The notes under the pieces: generated by a model | Told to the model about the DNA's origin: nothing | The model's input: only the letters and a program-made list of their open reading frames with translations | The model's database searches: none | Part shown: piece by piece, positions 37,379 to 47,406 of the stretch | Layout of the letters: every line of letters starts with the position of its first letter | How positions within the stretch are numbered: the stretch's first letter is position 1 | Program-made: the position numbers and the translations under genes | Assembly (NCBI GenBank): GCA_963846325.1 | Contig: CAWJVO010000009.1 | Location: 174,947-238,946, forward strand | DNA length: 64,000 bases | Source of the DNA: an uncultured bacterium | Lineage (GTDB): Bacteria; Krumholzibacteriota; Krumholzibacteriia; Krumholzibacteriales; Krumholzibacteriaceae | Reading direction: 5' to 3'

Positions 37379-38878
37379 TCATTTCATCTTCGGCAAACGG
37401 ACGAGCCCTTTCTTCTGAAGGAGCTGGAACTTCGCGCGCGACTCCGAGATCATCTTCTCGGCCTTGTTATAGAGCTGATCCCACGTCAGGTTCAGGCGCG
37501 CGACCCCCTGCTCGACGGCCTTGCGGCCGACCGCCGCGGCCTCCCGCGGATACACCTCGACCTCGTCCATCGTCGGAATGAGGTAATCCTCGCGGAGCCC
37601 CTTGTCCTCGGCGACGCGGGCGAGCTCGCGCGCGGCCGCGATGCACATCTCGTCCGTGATCGTCTTCGCCATCACGTCGAGAGTGCCGCGGAAGATGCCC
37701 GGAAAGCCGAGCGAGTTGTTGACCTGGTTCGGGAAATCGCTCCTGCCCGTGGCGACGACGCGCGCGCCGGCGGCCTTCGCGTCCCACGGCCATATCTCGG
37801 GGATCGGATTCGCGCACACGAACACGATCGAATCCTTCGCCATCCGGGCGATCCATTCCTTCTTGATCGTGTCGGGGCCGTTCTTCGAGAGGGCGATGAG
37901 AACGTCGGCTCCCTCCATCGCGTGCGGGACGTCGCCGGAGCGACCCTCGCCGTTCGTTATCTGCGCCATCTCCCATTTTTCTTTCCAATCCTGCTTGAGC
38001 TCTTCCTCGCGCCCCTTGTGCAGGATGCCCTTCGAGTCGCACATGATGATGTTCTTCGGCGTGACGCCGGCGACCATGATCATGCGGGCGATGCATATGT
38101 TCGCGGCGCCCGCGCCCACGAGCGTGACCTTGACCTTCGCCATATCCTTGCCGACGATCTTGATCGCGTTGATGAGGCCGGCCACGGTGACCGCCGCGGT
38201 GCCCTGCTGATCGTCGTGCCAGACGGGGATGTGGCATTCCTTGCGGAGCGTGTCGAGGACGCGGAAGCACTTCGGCTGCGAGATATCCTCGAGGTTGATG
38301 CCGCCGAACGACGGCTGGAGCAGCTTCACGAACTCGATGAGCTTGTCGGGATCCTTCGTGTCGACGCAGATCGGGAACGCGTCGACGCCGCCGAGATACT
38401 TGAAGAGCATCCCCTTGCCCTCCATGACCGGCAGCCCCGCCTCGGGGCCGATGTCGCCGAGCCCGAGAACGCGCGTTCCGTCGGAGACGACCGCGACGAA
38501 GTTCCCCTTGTTCGTGTGCTCGAAGACCTTCTCGGGATTGTCGCGGATGTCGAGGCAGGGCTTCGCGACGCCCGGCGTGTACCAGATCGCGAAATCGTCG
38601 AAGCTCCGGATGCATGCCTTCGGCATGATCTCGATCTTCCCCTTGTAAAAGGGATGCATGACCATCGCGTCGATGCCCGGCTGCTTCGCCTTCGCGAGGA
38701 GCTCCTCGGTCGTGAGCGGCTTCAGGATGAGAGGCTTCTTCTGCGCCGGCTTTCTGGCCGCCGGCTTCCTGGGCGCCGCTTTCCGGGGCGCGGCCGTGCG
38801 CGCCGCGGGCTTCTTCGCCGCCGCTTTCTTCTTCGGCTTCGGCGCTTTCTTCGCGCTCTTCGCTTTCCTCGCGCTCAT
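37379..38878 (-). CDS. NAD(P)-dependent malic enzyme with Lys/Ala/Pro-rich N-terminal tail
   Basis: YTPGVA, DGTRVLGLGDIG, PVMEGK, INLEDI, HDDQQGTA, GAGAA, ANPIPEI, TGRSDFPNQVNN. Confidence 0.93.
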   Translation of the reverse strand: MSARKAKSAKKAPKPKKKAAAKKPAARTAAPRKAAPRKPAARKPAQKKPLILKPLTTEELLAKAKQPGIDAMVMHPFYKGKIEIMPKACIRSFDDFAIWYTPGVAKPCLDIRDNPEKVFEHTNKGNFVAVVSDGTRVLGLGDIGPEAGLPVMEGKGMLFKYLGGVDAFPICVDTKDPDKLIEFVKLLQPSFGGINLEDISQPKCFRVLDTLRKECHIPVWHDDQQGTAAVTVAGLINAIKIVGKDMAKVKVTLVGAGAANICIARMIMVAGVTPKNIIMCDSKGILHKGREEELKQDWKEKWEMAQITNGEGRSGDVPHAMEGADVLIALSKNGPDTIKKEWIARMAKDSIVFVCANPIPEIWPWDAKAAGARVVATGRSDFPNQVNNSLGFPGIFRGTLDVMAKTITDEMCIAAARELARVAEDKGLREDYLIPTMDEVEVYPREAAAVGRKAVEQGVARLNLTWDQLYNKAEKMISESRAKFQLLQKKGLVRLPKMK

Positions 38879-38926
38879 CGAATACCTCCTCTGGAAATGA
38901 AAAGAATCGAGTCCGAATGTGCCCGT

Positions 38927-39475
38927 CTAGCGAGCCAGCACTTCCGCGCCGGCCTTGAGGCCCTCGTCGAAGGCCTTCATGTTCAGTTCCTCGGTCCCCT
39001 TGGGTACGCGCGCGAGAATGGCCTTCCGCACGGCGTCTTCCGACGCGACGCCCGAGATCTTCGTGAGAATGCCGAGCGCGACGATGTTCGTCACGACGGC
39101 CTTGCCGATCTTCTTCACGGCGATCTCGGTGATCGGGGCCTGGTAGAGCTTGTAATTCCCCTTCGGCAGATCCTTCACGAGTCCCGAGTCGACGATGAGC
39201 GTGCCGCCCGCCTTGAGATCCTTGCTGTATTTCGTGCACGACACCTGCGTGAGGGCCAGAAGCAGGTCGAGGTCCAGAACCTTCGGATAATCGATCTCGC
39301 CGTCGGCGATGACGACCTCCGCCTTGCTCGCGCCGCCGCGGGCCTCGGGCCCGTAGCTCTGGGTCTGCACCGCGTTGCGGCCGTCGTAGATGACGACCGC
39401 TTCGGCGAGGATCTTTCCCGCCAGGATGAGCCCCTGGCCGCCGGAACCGCTCAGACGCATTTCAAATCGATCCAT
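38927..39475 (-). CDS. korC: 2-oxoacid (2-oxoglutarate):ferredoxin oxidoreductase gamma subunit
   Basis: SGSGGQGLILAG, QSYGPEARGGAS. Confidence 0.88.
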   Translation of the reverse strand: MDRFEMRLSGSGGQGLILAGKILAEAVVIYDGRNAVQTQSYGPEARGGASKAEVVIADGEIDYPKVLDLDLLLALTQVSCTKYSKDLKAGGTLIVDSGLVKDLPKGNYKLYQAPITEIAVKKIGKAVVTNIVALGILTKISGVASEDAVRKAILARVPKGTEELNMKAFDEGLKAGAEVLAR

Positions 39476-39505
39476 TATCGCTCCCGTCGTGCCGCCCGCC
39501 GTCTA

Positions 39506-40330
39506 TTATTTTGCCTGCTTTTCAGCTTTCAACCGCTCGATGAGCTTGTCGTATTCGGCCGTGAACTCGGGCTTCTCGATATCCCAGAGAACGCCCGAAG
39601 CGATCTTGCCCGTCTTCTCGTCCTCGGCCATCTTGTCGAGCTTGTCTTTCAGGACGACGTTGTCCTTGAGCCAGTTCATCATGTCGACCGGGGTCGCCTG
39701 CTTGTTCCGCCGCCCGTAGGCGGTCGGGCACGGGGTGAGAATCTCCACGACGGAGAAGCCCTTTTTCTGCAAGGCCGACACGATGAGCTTGTCGAGCTGC
39801 TGGACGTGATAGACGTCTCCGAGCGCGACGTAGGAAGCTCCCGCGGCCTGCGCGAGTCCCGCTATGTTGAACGAGGGCTCGAGGTTCCCGAATGGCGCCG
39901 TCGAGGCCATCTTGCCGCGCGGCGTCGTCGGAGACACCTGCCCGCCCGTCATGCCGTAGATGAAGTTGTTGTAGAGGAGCACGGTGAGATCGATGTTCCG
40001 GCGAGCGGCGTGAATGTAATGGTTCCCGCCGATGGCCGTCGCGTCCCCGTCTCCCGTCACGACGATGACGTGCAGGTTCGGTTTGGCGAGCTTCACGCCG
40101 GTCGCGAACGCGATCGCGCGGCCGTGCGTCGTATGGAGCGTGTTGATGTCGATGTAGCCCGCCGTCCTGCTCGCGCAGCCGATCCCCGACACCATGACCG
40201 CCTCGTCCTTCGAGATGCCGAGCTTCTTGAGCGACCTGATGAGCGCCTTGAGGATGATGCCGTCGCCACAGCCCGAGCACCAGATGTGGGGAAGATTCCG
40301 TTCGCGCACGTAGTCGAGGTAGTTGAACAT
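39506..40330 (-). CDS. korB: 2-oxoacid:ferredoxin oxidoreductase beta subunit
   Basis: WCSGCG, SGIGC, HGRAIAFATG, GDGD, NNFIYGMTGGQVSPT. Confidence 0.92.
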   Translation of the reverse strand: MFNYLDYVRERNLPHIWCSGCGDGIILKALIRSLKKLGISKDEAVMVSGIGCASRTAGYIDINTLHTTHGRAIAFATGVKLAKPNLHVIVVTGDGDATAIGGNHYIHAARRNIDLTVLLYNNFIYGMTGGQVSPTTPRGKMASTAPFGNLEPSFNIAGLAQAAGASYVALGDVYHVQQLDKLIVSALQKKGFSVVEILTPCPTAYGRRNKQATPVDMMNWLKDNVVLKDKLDKMAEDEKTGKIASGVLWDIEKPEFTAEYDKLIERLKAEKQAK

Positions 40331-40331
40331 C

Positions 40332-41477
40332 TCAGACCACCTCCCTGACGCGATCGACGATCTGTTTCGGCGTGATCGGATCTCCGTCGACGCGGTTCAC
40401 CCTGTGGATCTCCGCCCTGCATTTCGCGGCGAGCTCGACCTCGCGCGCCATCTGTCCGAGGTTCAGCTCGGGGACGACGAACGCCTTGACCTTCCCCGCG
40501 ATGTCGAGGATCTCTTCCGACGGGAACGGCCAGATCGTCGTCGGTTCGAAGAGCCCGGCCTTGATGCCCGCCTCGCGGCATTCCTTCACGGCGCGCCTCG
40601 CCGAGCGCGCGACGCCGCCGTACGCGAATATGGCGACCTCGGCGTCGTCGAGATGGAACTCTCTCCAGCGGATGATGTCCTTCCGGTGACGCTCGATCTT
40701 CTCGGTCAGGTGAATGATATTCGCCTCGATCTTTTTCGAATCGTTCGTCGGGAATCCCGATTCGTCGTGGCAGAGGCCGGTCACGTTGTACCGGTAGCCC
40801 GTTCCGAAATTCGCGAGGATCGGAATGCCGTTCTCGGTCTTCTCGTACGGGAGATATTTATCGGGGGATTTGTCGGGCTGCCTGCGGTTGACGATCTCGA
40901 CGCTTCCCTTCTCGGGGAGCACCATCTTCTCCGTCATGTGTCCGACGATCTCGTCGAAGAGCAGAATGACCGGCGTCATGTACGTCTCGGCGAGATTGAA
41001 CGCGCGAATCGTCTGCTCGAACATCTCCTGGGCCGATGCCGCGCTCAGCGCGATGACCCCGTGATCGCCGTGCGAGCCCCAGCGCGCCTGCTGCATGTCC
41101 ATTTGGGCGGGAAGGGTCGGCGTTCCGGTGCTCGGGCCGCCCCGCTGCACGTCGACGACGACGCACGGCACCTCCGCCATGACCGCGTGTCCCAGATTCT
41201 CCTGCTTGAGGCTGAAGCCGGGGCCCGACGTCGCCGTGAGGGCCTTGGCCCCCGCGAGGGAGGCGCCGATGATGGCGCCCATCGCGGCGATCTCGTCCTC
41301 CATCTGGATGAACTTGCCGCCGATCTTCGGGAGCTTGCGAACGAGGTACTCGGCGATCTCCGAGGAGGGCGTGATGGGATAGCCCGCGAAGAAGCGGCAG
41401 CCGGCCCATATCGCCCCCTCCGCGCAGGCGTCGTTCCCCTGCATCATGACTATTTTTCCCGCGGGACTTTTCGTCAA
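40332..41477 (-). CDS. korA: 2-oxoacid:ferredoxin oxidoreductase alpha subunit
   Basis: QGNDAC, AGYPITPSSE, QMEDEIAA, TATSGPGFSLKQE, QRGGPSTG. TTG start at 41477 with an AGGAG Shine-Dalgarno. Confidence 0.92.
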   Translation of the reverse strand: MTKSPAGKIVMMQGNDACAEGAIWAGCRFFAGYPITPSSEIAEYLVRKLPKIGGKFIQMEDEIAAMGAIIGASLAGAKALTATSGPGFSLKQENLGHAVMAEVPCVVVDVQRGGPSTGTPTLPAQMDMQQARWGSHGDHGVIALSAASAQEMFEQTIRAFNLAETYMTPVILLFDEIVGHMTEKMVLPEKGSVEIVNRRQPDKSPDKYLPYEKTENGIPILANFGTGYRYNVTGLCHDESGFPTNDSKKIEANIIHLTEKIERHRKDIIRWREFHLDDAEVAIFAYGGVARSARRAVKECREAGIKAGLFEPTTIWPFPSEEILDIAGKVKAFVVPELNLGQMAREVELAAKCRAEIHRVNRVDGDPITPKQIVDRVREVV

Positions 41478-41581
41478 GGCCCTGTCTCCTTTTCCGGCCG
41501 GGGCGCCGCAACGCCGCGCGCGCCAAGGCACCTCACCCGGGCGTTCAAGGGCAAAAAAATGAGGCCCCCCTCTGGGAGTCC

Positions 41582-41800
41582 TCATTCAACCGTTATCGCG
41601 AAATCGGGGCACCTGAGCTCGCACAGCATGCATTTGATGCAGTCTTCAGGCCGTGCGACCTTGACCTTTCCGCCCTCCATCTCGAGGACGGCCTTCGGGC
41701 AGTAGGCCACGCAGATCTCGCAACCCTTGCACCATTTGAGGTTGACTTTTATGATCGCTTGCTTTTTTTCCGCAGCCTGGCCTTCAGCCACCCCGACCAC
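41582..41800 (-). CDS. korD: 2x[4Fe-4S] ferredoxin, 2-oxoacid oxidoreductase delta subunit
   Basis: WCKGCEICVAYCP and CIKCMLCELRCPDFAI. Confidence 0.9.
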   Translation of the reverse strand: MVGVAEGQAAEKKQAIIKVNLKWCKGCEICVAYCPKAVLEMEGGKVKVARPEDCIKCMLCELRCPDFAITVE

Positions 41801-42035
41801 ATCCGATCAGGTTTATTCCACGCCACAAAAGCGATACATACGTTGAGCGAAGAGGCTCGCTCGAAATTGGTGACAATATATACCAGCCCAAAAAACGTTG
41901 CAAGCCTTTTCAATGCCTATGGCAAATTTTATTCAGGATAATGGAAAAATGCGGGAAGCCCGGAATAAACGCCGGAGGTCCCCCGGCGCTTGGAGCGCCG
42001 AGGATGCCGGCTCATCGAAGGCGCCTGTTTCATTC

Positions 42036-42111
42036 TGGAGCTGGCGATCGGAATTGAACCGATGACCTGCGCATTACGAGTGCGCTGCTCTACCAGCTGA
42101 GCTACGCCAGC
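42036..42111 (-). tRNA. tRNA-Thr (CGT)
   Basis: GCTGGCG-TAGCTCAGCTGGTAGAGCA-GCGCA(CTCGTAA)TGCGC-AGGTC-ATCGG(TTCAATT)CCGAT-CGCCAGC-TCCA; 76 nt. Confidence 0.96.
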
Positions 42112-42225
42112 CCCGAATGTCCTATTTTATATATTCGCAGGGCTTGACGCAATGCTTTTTCTGCGACGGGTCGGGATATGGCCTTTGCGGCGGGGTTTTT
42201 CGAGCGGGCCGCGGCGTTCGCTTCC

Positions 42226-43465
42226 TCAGATCATTTTCTTCAGGCGGACCGTGACGTCCTTCGTCCCGCCGCCCCGCTCGATCGTGAAGCGCACCGATTC
42301 CCCTTCGCGCTGCAGGTATTCCCGGATGCCTTCCCTCGTGAAGCTCCCGGCCGCCCGGCCGTCGATAGCCGTGACGACGTCCCCCGCGGCTATGCCCGCG
42401 AGAGCGGCGGGCGTGCCTTCATAGACCATGAAGACCTTGAAGAGATCGAAGCGCTCACCCTCCATGGCGAAGCGTATGCCGCACATATCGAACTCGAACG
42501 GAGCGCCGAAGCCGGAGTTTTTCTCGAGGATTATCTGCGAGCGCCGGTAGTCGAGAACGACGGTGAACCGGCTCAGGAAATCGGCGCCGATGATCCCCGC
42601 GAAGCTCGTGTCGGCGAGCGCGCCCCTCTCGTCGGTCGAGAACGTCATGACCGGGTTCTCGAATCGGAACGATCCGATGCGGATCCCCCGCACCCGTCCG
42701 ATTATCCCTTTGCTCGCCCCGCCGATGCCGAATCCCGTGACGCCGGCGAGGGTGCTCGGGCTCTGCGCGGCGAGAGCGTGCTTTCTCGCGTAGGGGTTAT
42801 TGAAGACCGATACCCTCACGCCGGTATCGAGAAGAAACGCCGCCTCGAGCGGTTCGCCCGCTCCATACGGGAGCACCTCGGCCCGGACGATGATATAGTT
42901 GCCGCGCAATTCGACCGGGATCCGCTCGCCGGGGCCGGCGTATTCGTATGATGCCGCGTCGTGGAAGACGACACGTTCGTTTTCATAATCGATGCGCGTG
43001 ACGAGGGTCGAGAGAAGGTCTCCGCCGAACAGCCCGTCCTTTCGCTTGCCCCAGTGCGCGTCCAGCCGCCGCACGGGAAGCGTCAGGAGAGGACCCTCGG
43101 CGAACGAGAGCCCCGGCATCGAAACGATGGTCGAATCGGCGAGACCGAACTGGACGATCTCCTCCCCCGCCCCTCCCCCTTCGCCGATGACCGTCGATCG
43201 CAGTCCGATGGACCGGGCCGTCCCCTCGTCGAGCGCCGACAGATCCCCGGCGCCCGTATCGAGCACGAAGGGGTACGGTCCGAATCCGTTGATCGAGACC
43301 GGGAAGATAGACGATACGATCGAATATCTCGACGCCCCGCACCTCGACGCTGTCGCCGCGATCGAAACGGGGGACCGCCGGAGCCGGCTGCTGCGCGCCC
43401 GCATTCGACGCGCGGAGCGCCGCGAAGGAGAGAATGACACAGAGAAGAATCGCCGCTTTTCTCAT
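42226..43465 (-). pseudogene. Secreted double-retropepsin aspartyl protease + PDZ domain, frameshifted near 43300 (pseudogene or assembly indel)
   Basis: Signal-peptide frame (MRKAAILLC...RIVYLP) changes frame into PVSINGFGPYPFVLDTGA...FLLDTGV...GIIGADFL...PDZ (GTPAALAGIAAGDVVTAIDG). Confidence 0.75.
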
Positions 43466-43552
43466 TCGGGAATCTCCTTTTCAACGAAACGGTTATAGAG
43501 GCTGATACGCCGAAGATCCGGATATGTTCCCGGAGATTCTTCCGAGGCGGCT

Positions 43553-44212
43553 CTAGCGCTCGAAGAGACCGGCGATTCGAACGCTCTTCTCCACCGATTC
43601 GCGGAGCAGCTCCGGCTTGACCCGCGCCGAGTGCCGGTACACGATGAGCTTCCGCCCGTCCGCCTCGACGCACAGCCCCGGCTCCGATTCGAAGAACGCC
43701 AGCACGCGGCTCGTGAAGACGCCGCGGATCGCGGCGTCATCCGGGCCCCGCAGCAGATACTTCTTCGAGAATCCCGGGCTGATCTCGAAATCGATGTCCT
43801 GGTAGCCCATCATCGAACCCAGCTTGTGGAACACGTTCTCCGGCCTCATGGTGAAGGCGGGCAGATTTCGGCCCTGCGGTTGAAGCGAGACCACGGTCTG
43901 GCTGTACGTATGCTGGTGTTTGCCGCCCCCGACGGTGTACCGGTAGTCGAAGATCGATACGTGCCGGTCGCGCACCGTGCCCCGAAACAGATTCCTGACC
44001 TTCCTGGATCGTCCCTGCATGAAGAGATGGAGAGCGGCGTGCTCGGACATGACCGTCTCGTCCCCTTCGGGCGTGAAGGCGAGCTTGAGATCGCCGGCGA
44101 TCCGCTCCATCGCCTCGGCGCGCTTTCTTTGCGAGCGATAGTTGAAGTAGATTATGGCCCCGGCGCCTGCCGCCGCGACGATCACGAAAAGTATCGCGAG
44201 GTTTGTGTTCAT
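43553..44212 (-). CDS. Membrane-anchored hypothetical protein
   Basis: N-terminal TM helix; FDYRYTVGGGK and DIDFE...FSKKYLLRG; typical codon usage. Confidence 0.7.
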   Translation of the reverse strand: MNTNLAILFVIVAAAGAGAIIYFNYRSQRKRAEAMERIAGDLKLAFTPEGDETVMSEHAALHLFMQGRSRKVRNLFRGTVRDRHVSIFDYRYTVGGGKHQHTYSQTVVSLQPQGRNLPAFTMRPENVFHKLGSMMGYQDIDFEISPGFSKKYLLRGPDDAAIRGVFTSRVLAFFESEPGLCVEADGRKLIVYRHSARVKPELLRESVEKSVRIAGLFER

Positions 44213-44338
44213 GGCTTCCTCGTTTCATTATCGAAGAACGGCTTTATTCCATTGCGCGGAATTATCCACCCAATTACTATCACATCCCAGCACTATTTTC
44301 CGAAACCGATCCGCGCGCCGCGCCGAAGGAACGGAATC

Positions 44339-45232
44339 ATGAAGCATAAGCACGTTATCGTTATCGGAGCGGGGCCGGCGGGGGTCTCGGCCGCCATCGA
44401 GCTCAGAATCCTCGGCGTCGATAGTCTGCTCATCGAAATGGACGAGATCGGCGGGCTCCTGCGGAACGCCCACCTCGTGACGAATTACCCAGGCTTTCCG
44501 CGGGGGGCGAGCGGAATAGAGCTCGCGCGGCTCTTCCAGAGGCACCTGAGAGCGGCCGGCGTCGAGGTCGTTCATGAGAAGGTATTGAACGTGGCGTTCG
44601 GCGGCGGGAAGTTCGCGGTGAAGACGAATATCGGCATCACGGAAGCCGCGGCCCTGATCATCGCCTCGGGCACACGGGCACGGGAAATCGCCGGTCTGCG
44701 CACAGCGAAATCCGCGCGCTCGAGAATCTTCTATGAGGCATATCCTCTTTTCGGCGTTCGAGGCAAGAGAATAGCGATCATCGGGTCGGGCGACGCCGCC
44801 TTCGATTATGCGACGAGCTTGTCCGCCCGCAACGAGATCGTCGTTTTGTACCGAAACCCGGCCCCGAAGTGCAATCCGGCGCTGCTCGAGAAGTGCGGAA
44901 GACAGAGAAGGATCGCCTTTATGCGCGAAGTCGCCGTCGAGAGAATCGGCGTCGCGAAGGAGGGCTTGATCCTGACCTTTCGTTCCGGAGCGGCCCGGAA
45001 ACCGGAACGCATCGGCGTCGATTATGCGCTCGTCGCGATCGGCCGGGAGCCGCGCCTCGACTTTCTGTCGAGAGCGACGTCGAAGCGGCTCGACGTTCTC
45101 AGACGGAGCGGAGCGCTCCATCTCGTCGGGGACGTCAAGAACGGCATATACCGGCAGACCGGCATCTGCGTGGGAGACGGAATCAGGGCCGCCATGGAGA
45201 TCCGCGATCGCTTCAGGAGTATCGAGATATGA
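44339..45232 (+). CDS. Thioredoxin-reductase-like FAD/NAD(P) oxidoreductase lacking CxxC
   Basis: VIVIGAGPAG, NYPGF, IIASG, IAIIGSGDAA, VGDV; no CxxC before the second Rossmann motif. Confidence 0.85.
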   Translation: MKHKHVIVIGAGPAGVSAAIELRILGVDSLLIEMDEIGGLLRNAHLVTNYPGFPRGASGIELARLFQRHLRAAGVEVVHEKVLNVAFGGGKFAVKTNIGITEAAALIIASGTRAREIAGLRTAKSARSRIFYEAYPLFGVRGKRIAIIGSGDAAFDYATSLSARNEIVVLYRNPAPKCNPALLEKCGRQRRIAFMREVAVERIGVAKEGLILTFRSGAARKPERIGVDYALVAIGREPRLDFLSRATSKRLDVLRRSGALHLVGDVKNGIYRQTGICVGDGIRAAMEIRDRFRSIEI

Positions 45233-46164
45233 AAGTCGTCGCGGAAATCGGGAGACCGGATATCGCCCTCGTGTACGTCGCCGAAACGAAGAGCGGCAGG
45301 CTGGTGGAGTTCGCCGAATCGCTCACGCCTCCCGTCCCCCGGGAAAAGAAATGGGTCCTGCTTCTCTCAACGCTTTACGGTTGCCCGGTCGGCTGCCGGT
45401 TCTGCGACGCCGGCTCTTTCTACGCCGGGAAGGTCACGGCACATGAGATGCTCTCGCAGATCGATTATATGGTGCAAAAACGCTTCCCCGCGATGGAAGT
45501 GCCGGTCGAGAAATTCAAGATCCAGTTCGCGAGGATGGGCGAACCGGCTTTCAATAGGGGGGTCCTCGACGTTCTCGCCGCGCTTCCCGCCCGCTACCTC
45601 TGCGCGGGGATCATGCCCTCCGTCTCAACGATAGCGCCGTGCGGCGCCGATCGGTTCTTTCGGGATCTCATCGAGGTCAAGAAAGGGCTCTACGGACGGA
45701 GCTTTCAGCTGCAGTTTTCCATCCACACGACGGATACGCGGCTCAGGGATTGGCTCATGCCGGTCCGCAAATGGAGCTTCGAACGAATAGCCGGATACGC
45801 GGACGACTTCATGAGCGATGGAGATAGAAAGATAACGCTCAACTTCGCCCTCGCCGAGGGAATGCCGGTCGATTCCGGCGTTCTGCGTACGTATTTTTCG
45901 CCGGATAGATTCATTATCAAGATCACGCCGGTCAATCCAACCCGTGAAGCGAGCAGAAACGCGATAACGTCCCGCGTCTCGCCGTCGGCGAGGAGAATCG
46001 ACCTGATTGCGGATCTCGAGGCCGCGGGCTACGAGATCATTCTCAGCATCGGGGAGCCCGAAGAGAACCTCATCGGCAGCAACTGCGGCCAGCACGTGAT
46101 GAACTACCTCGGCGGCGAAGAGAAACTCGAAAACGGGTATACATATCCCGTCCGCTGGATGTGA
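45229..46164 (+). CDS. RlmN/Cfr-like radical SAM protein
   Basis: GCPVGCRFC, RMGEP, LQFSIH, SNCGQ. ATGA overlap with the upstream gene. Confidence 0.85.
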   Translation: MKVVAEIGRPDIALVYVAETKSGRLVEFAESLTPPVPREKKWVLLLSTLYGCPVGCRFCDAGSFYAGKVTAHEMLSQIDYMVQKRFPAMEVPVEKFKIQFARMGEPAFNRGVLDVLAALPARYLCAGIMPSVSTIAPCGADRFFRDLIEVKKGLYGRSFQLQFSIHTTDTRLRDWLMPVRKWSFERIAGYADDFMSDGDRKITLNFALAEGMPVDSGVLRTYFSPDRFIIKITPVNPTREASRNAITSRVSPSARRIDLIADLEAAGYEIILSIGEPEENLIGSNCGQHVMNYLGGEEKLENGYTYPVRWM

Positions 46165-46188
46165 GGATCACCGGTCCGACATCGCGTT

Positions 46189-47406
46189 CTATTCGTAGTG
46201 CAGCGCTTCGATCGGGTTGAGAGCAGCCGCCTTCTTCGCGGGATAGAATCCGAAAAAGATCCCGATAATGCCCGAGAACAGGAACGAGACCGTGATGGTC
46301 ACAGGATCGATCACGACCGACGCCGAGATCGCCTTGCCGATGATCCCGGCCGTCACGAGCCCGAGGAGAATGCCGAGCAGCCCCCCCATGAGGCTGATGA
46401 TGGCGGCCTCGATGAGGAACTGCACGAGCACGTCGGCCTCGCGCGCGCCGATCGCGAGCCGGATCCCGATCTCTCTCGTTCGCTCCGTCACCGATACGAG
46501 CATGATGTTCATGATCCCGATGCCCCCGACGAGGAGCGACACGCCGGCGACCGCGCTGAGGAGCAGCGTCATCATCTTCGTGACGGAGGTCGCCATTTCG
46601 TTGAGCTCGGTCTGCGTGCGGATCGAGAAATCGTTCTCTTCCGAGCCCGCGAGCCGATGCGCGCGCCGCATGATCGTCTCTATCTCGCTCCTCGCCGCCT
46701 CGGTTTCCTGCTCCGAAACGGCGCTCACCGTGATGCTGTTGATCCACTTTCCGTCCCCCAGGCGGAACAGGACCGTCGTGGCGGGCGCGAGAATGATGTC
46801 GTCCTGGTCCGATCCCATCATGTTCTGCCCCTTCTTTCCCAGCACGCCGACGACGGTGAAGGGGACGTTTCCGACGCGGATTCGCGCGCCGATCGGATCC
46901 TGGCCGGGGAAGAGCGTGTCGGCCACGGTGGCGCCGAGGACCGCGACCTTGGCCAGCGCCTTGACGTCGCGGTCGGTGAAGAACGCGCCGCGGTCGACGG
47001 GCCAGCTTCGAATGACGGTGTAGTTCGACGCGACGCCCTGAACGCTCGTGAACCAGTTGTTTCTTCCCGCGATCACCTGCGCGCTCTCGCGAACGACCGG
47101 GGAGACGTTCGTGACCAGGGTCGCCTCGTTTTCGATCTTCTCCGCGTCGGCCAAGGTGAGCGTATGCCAGCTCCCTGCCCCACGGCTCACCCCTCCGAAA
47201 CCGCTCGCCCCCGGCATGACCATGAGGAGATTCGTTCCCATCGATTGGATCTTCCCGGAGATATCGGCCTGCGTTCCGCGTCCGACCGAGATGAGCGCGA
47301 TCACCGAGGCGACTCCGATGATGATGCCGAGCATCGTGAGGAAGCTGCGCATCCTGTTCTTCATGATGCTCTTGAGGGCGACCTTGACGAGGCTCTTCCA
47401 TTTCAT
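46189..47406 (-). CDS. MacB/FtsX-type ABC permease
   Basis: RSFLTMLGIIIGVASVI, GGIGIMNIMLVSVTERTREIGIR, PAKKAAALNPIEAL. Confidence 0.93.
   Translation of the reverse strand: MKWKSLVKVALKSIMKNRMRSFLTMLGIIIGVASVIALISVGRGTQADISGKIQSMGTNLLMVMPGASGFGGVSRGAGSWHTLTLADAEKIENEATLVTNVSPVVRESAQVIAGRNNWFTSVQGVASNYTVIRSWPVDRGAFFTDRDVKALAKVAVLGATVADTLFPGQDPIGARIRVGNVPFTVVGVLGKKGQNMMGSDQDDIILAPATTVLFRLGDGKWINSITVSAVSEQETEAARSEIETIMRRAHRLAGSEENDFSIRTQTELNEMATSVTKMMTLLLSAVAGVSLLVGGIGIMNIMLVSVTERTREIGIRLAIGAREADVLVQFLIEAAIISLMGGLLGILLGLVTAGIIGKAISASVVIDPVTITVSFLFSGIIGIFFGFYPAKKAAALNPIEALHYE

Noticed and set aside
41868-41885. Rex-like operator upstream of korD (TGGTGACAATATATACCA)
   Set aside because: It has too many mismatches to TTGTGAA-N4-TTCACAA to support the call.
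42036-42111. tRNA-anchored genomic island or prophage
   Set aside because: No integrase, duplicated tRNA 3' end or phage genes were seen near either tRNA.
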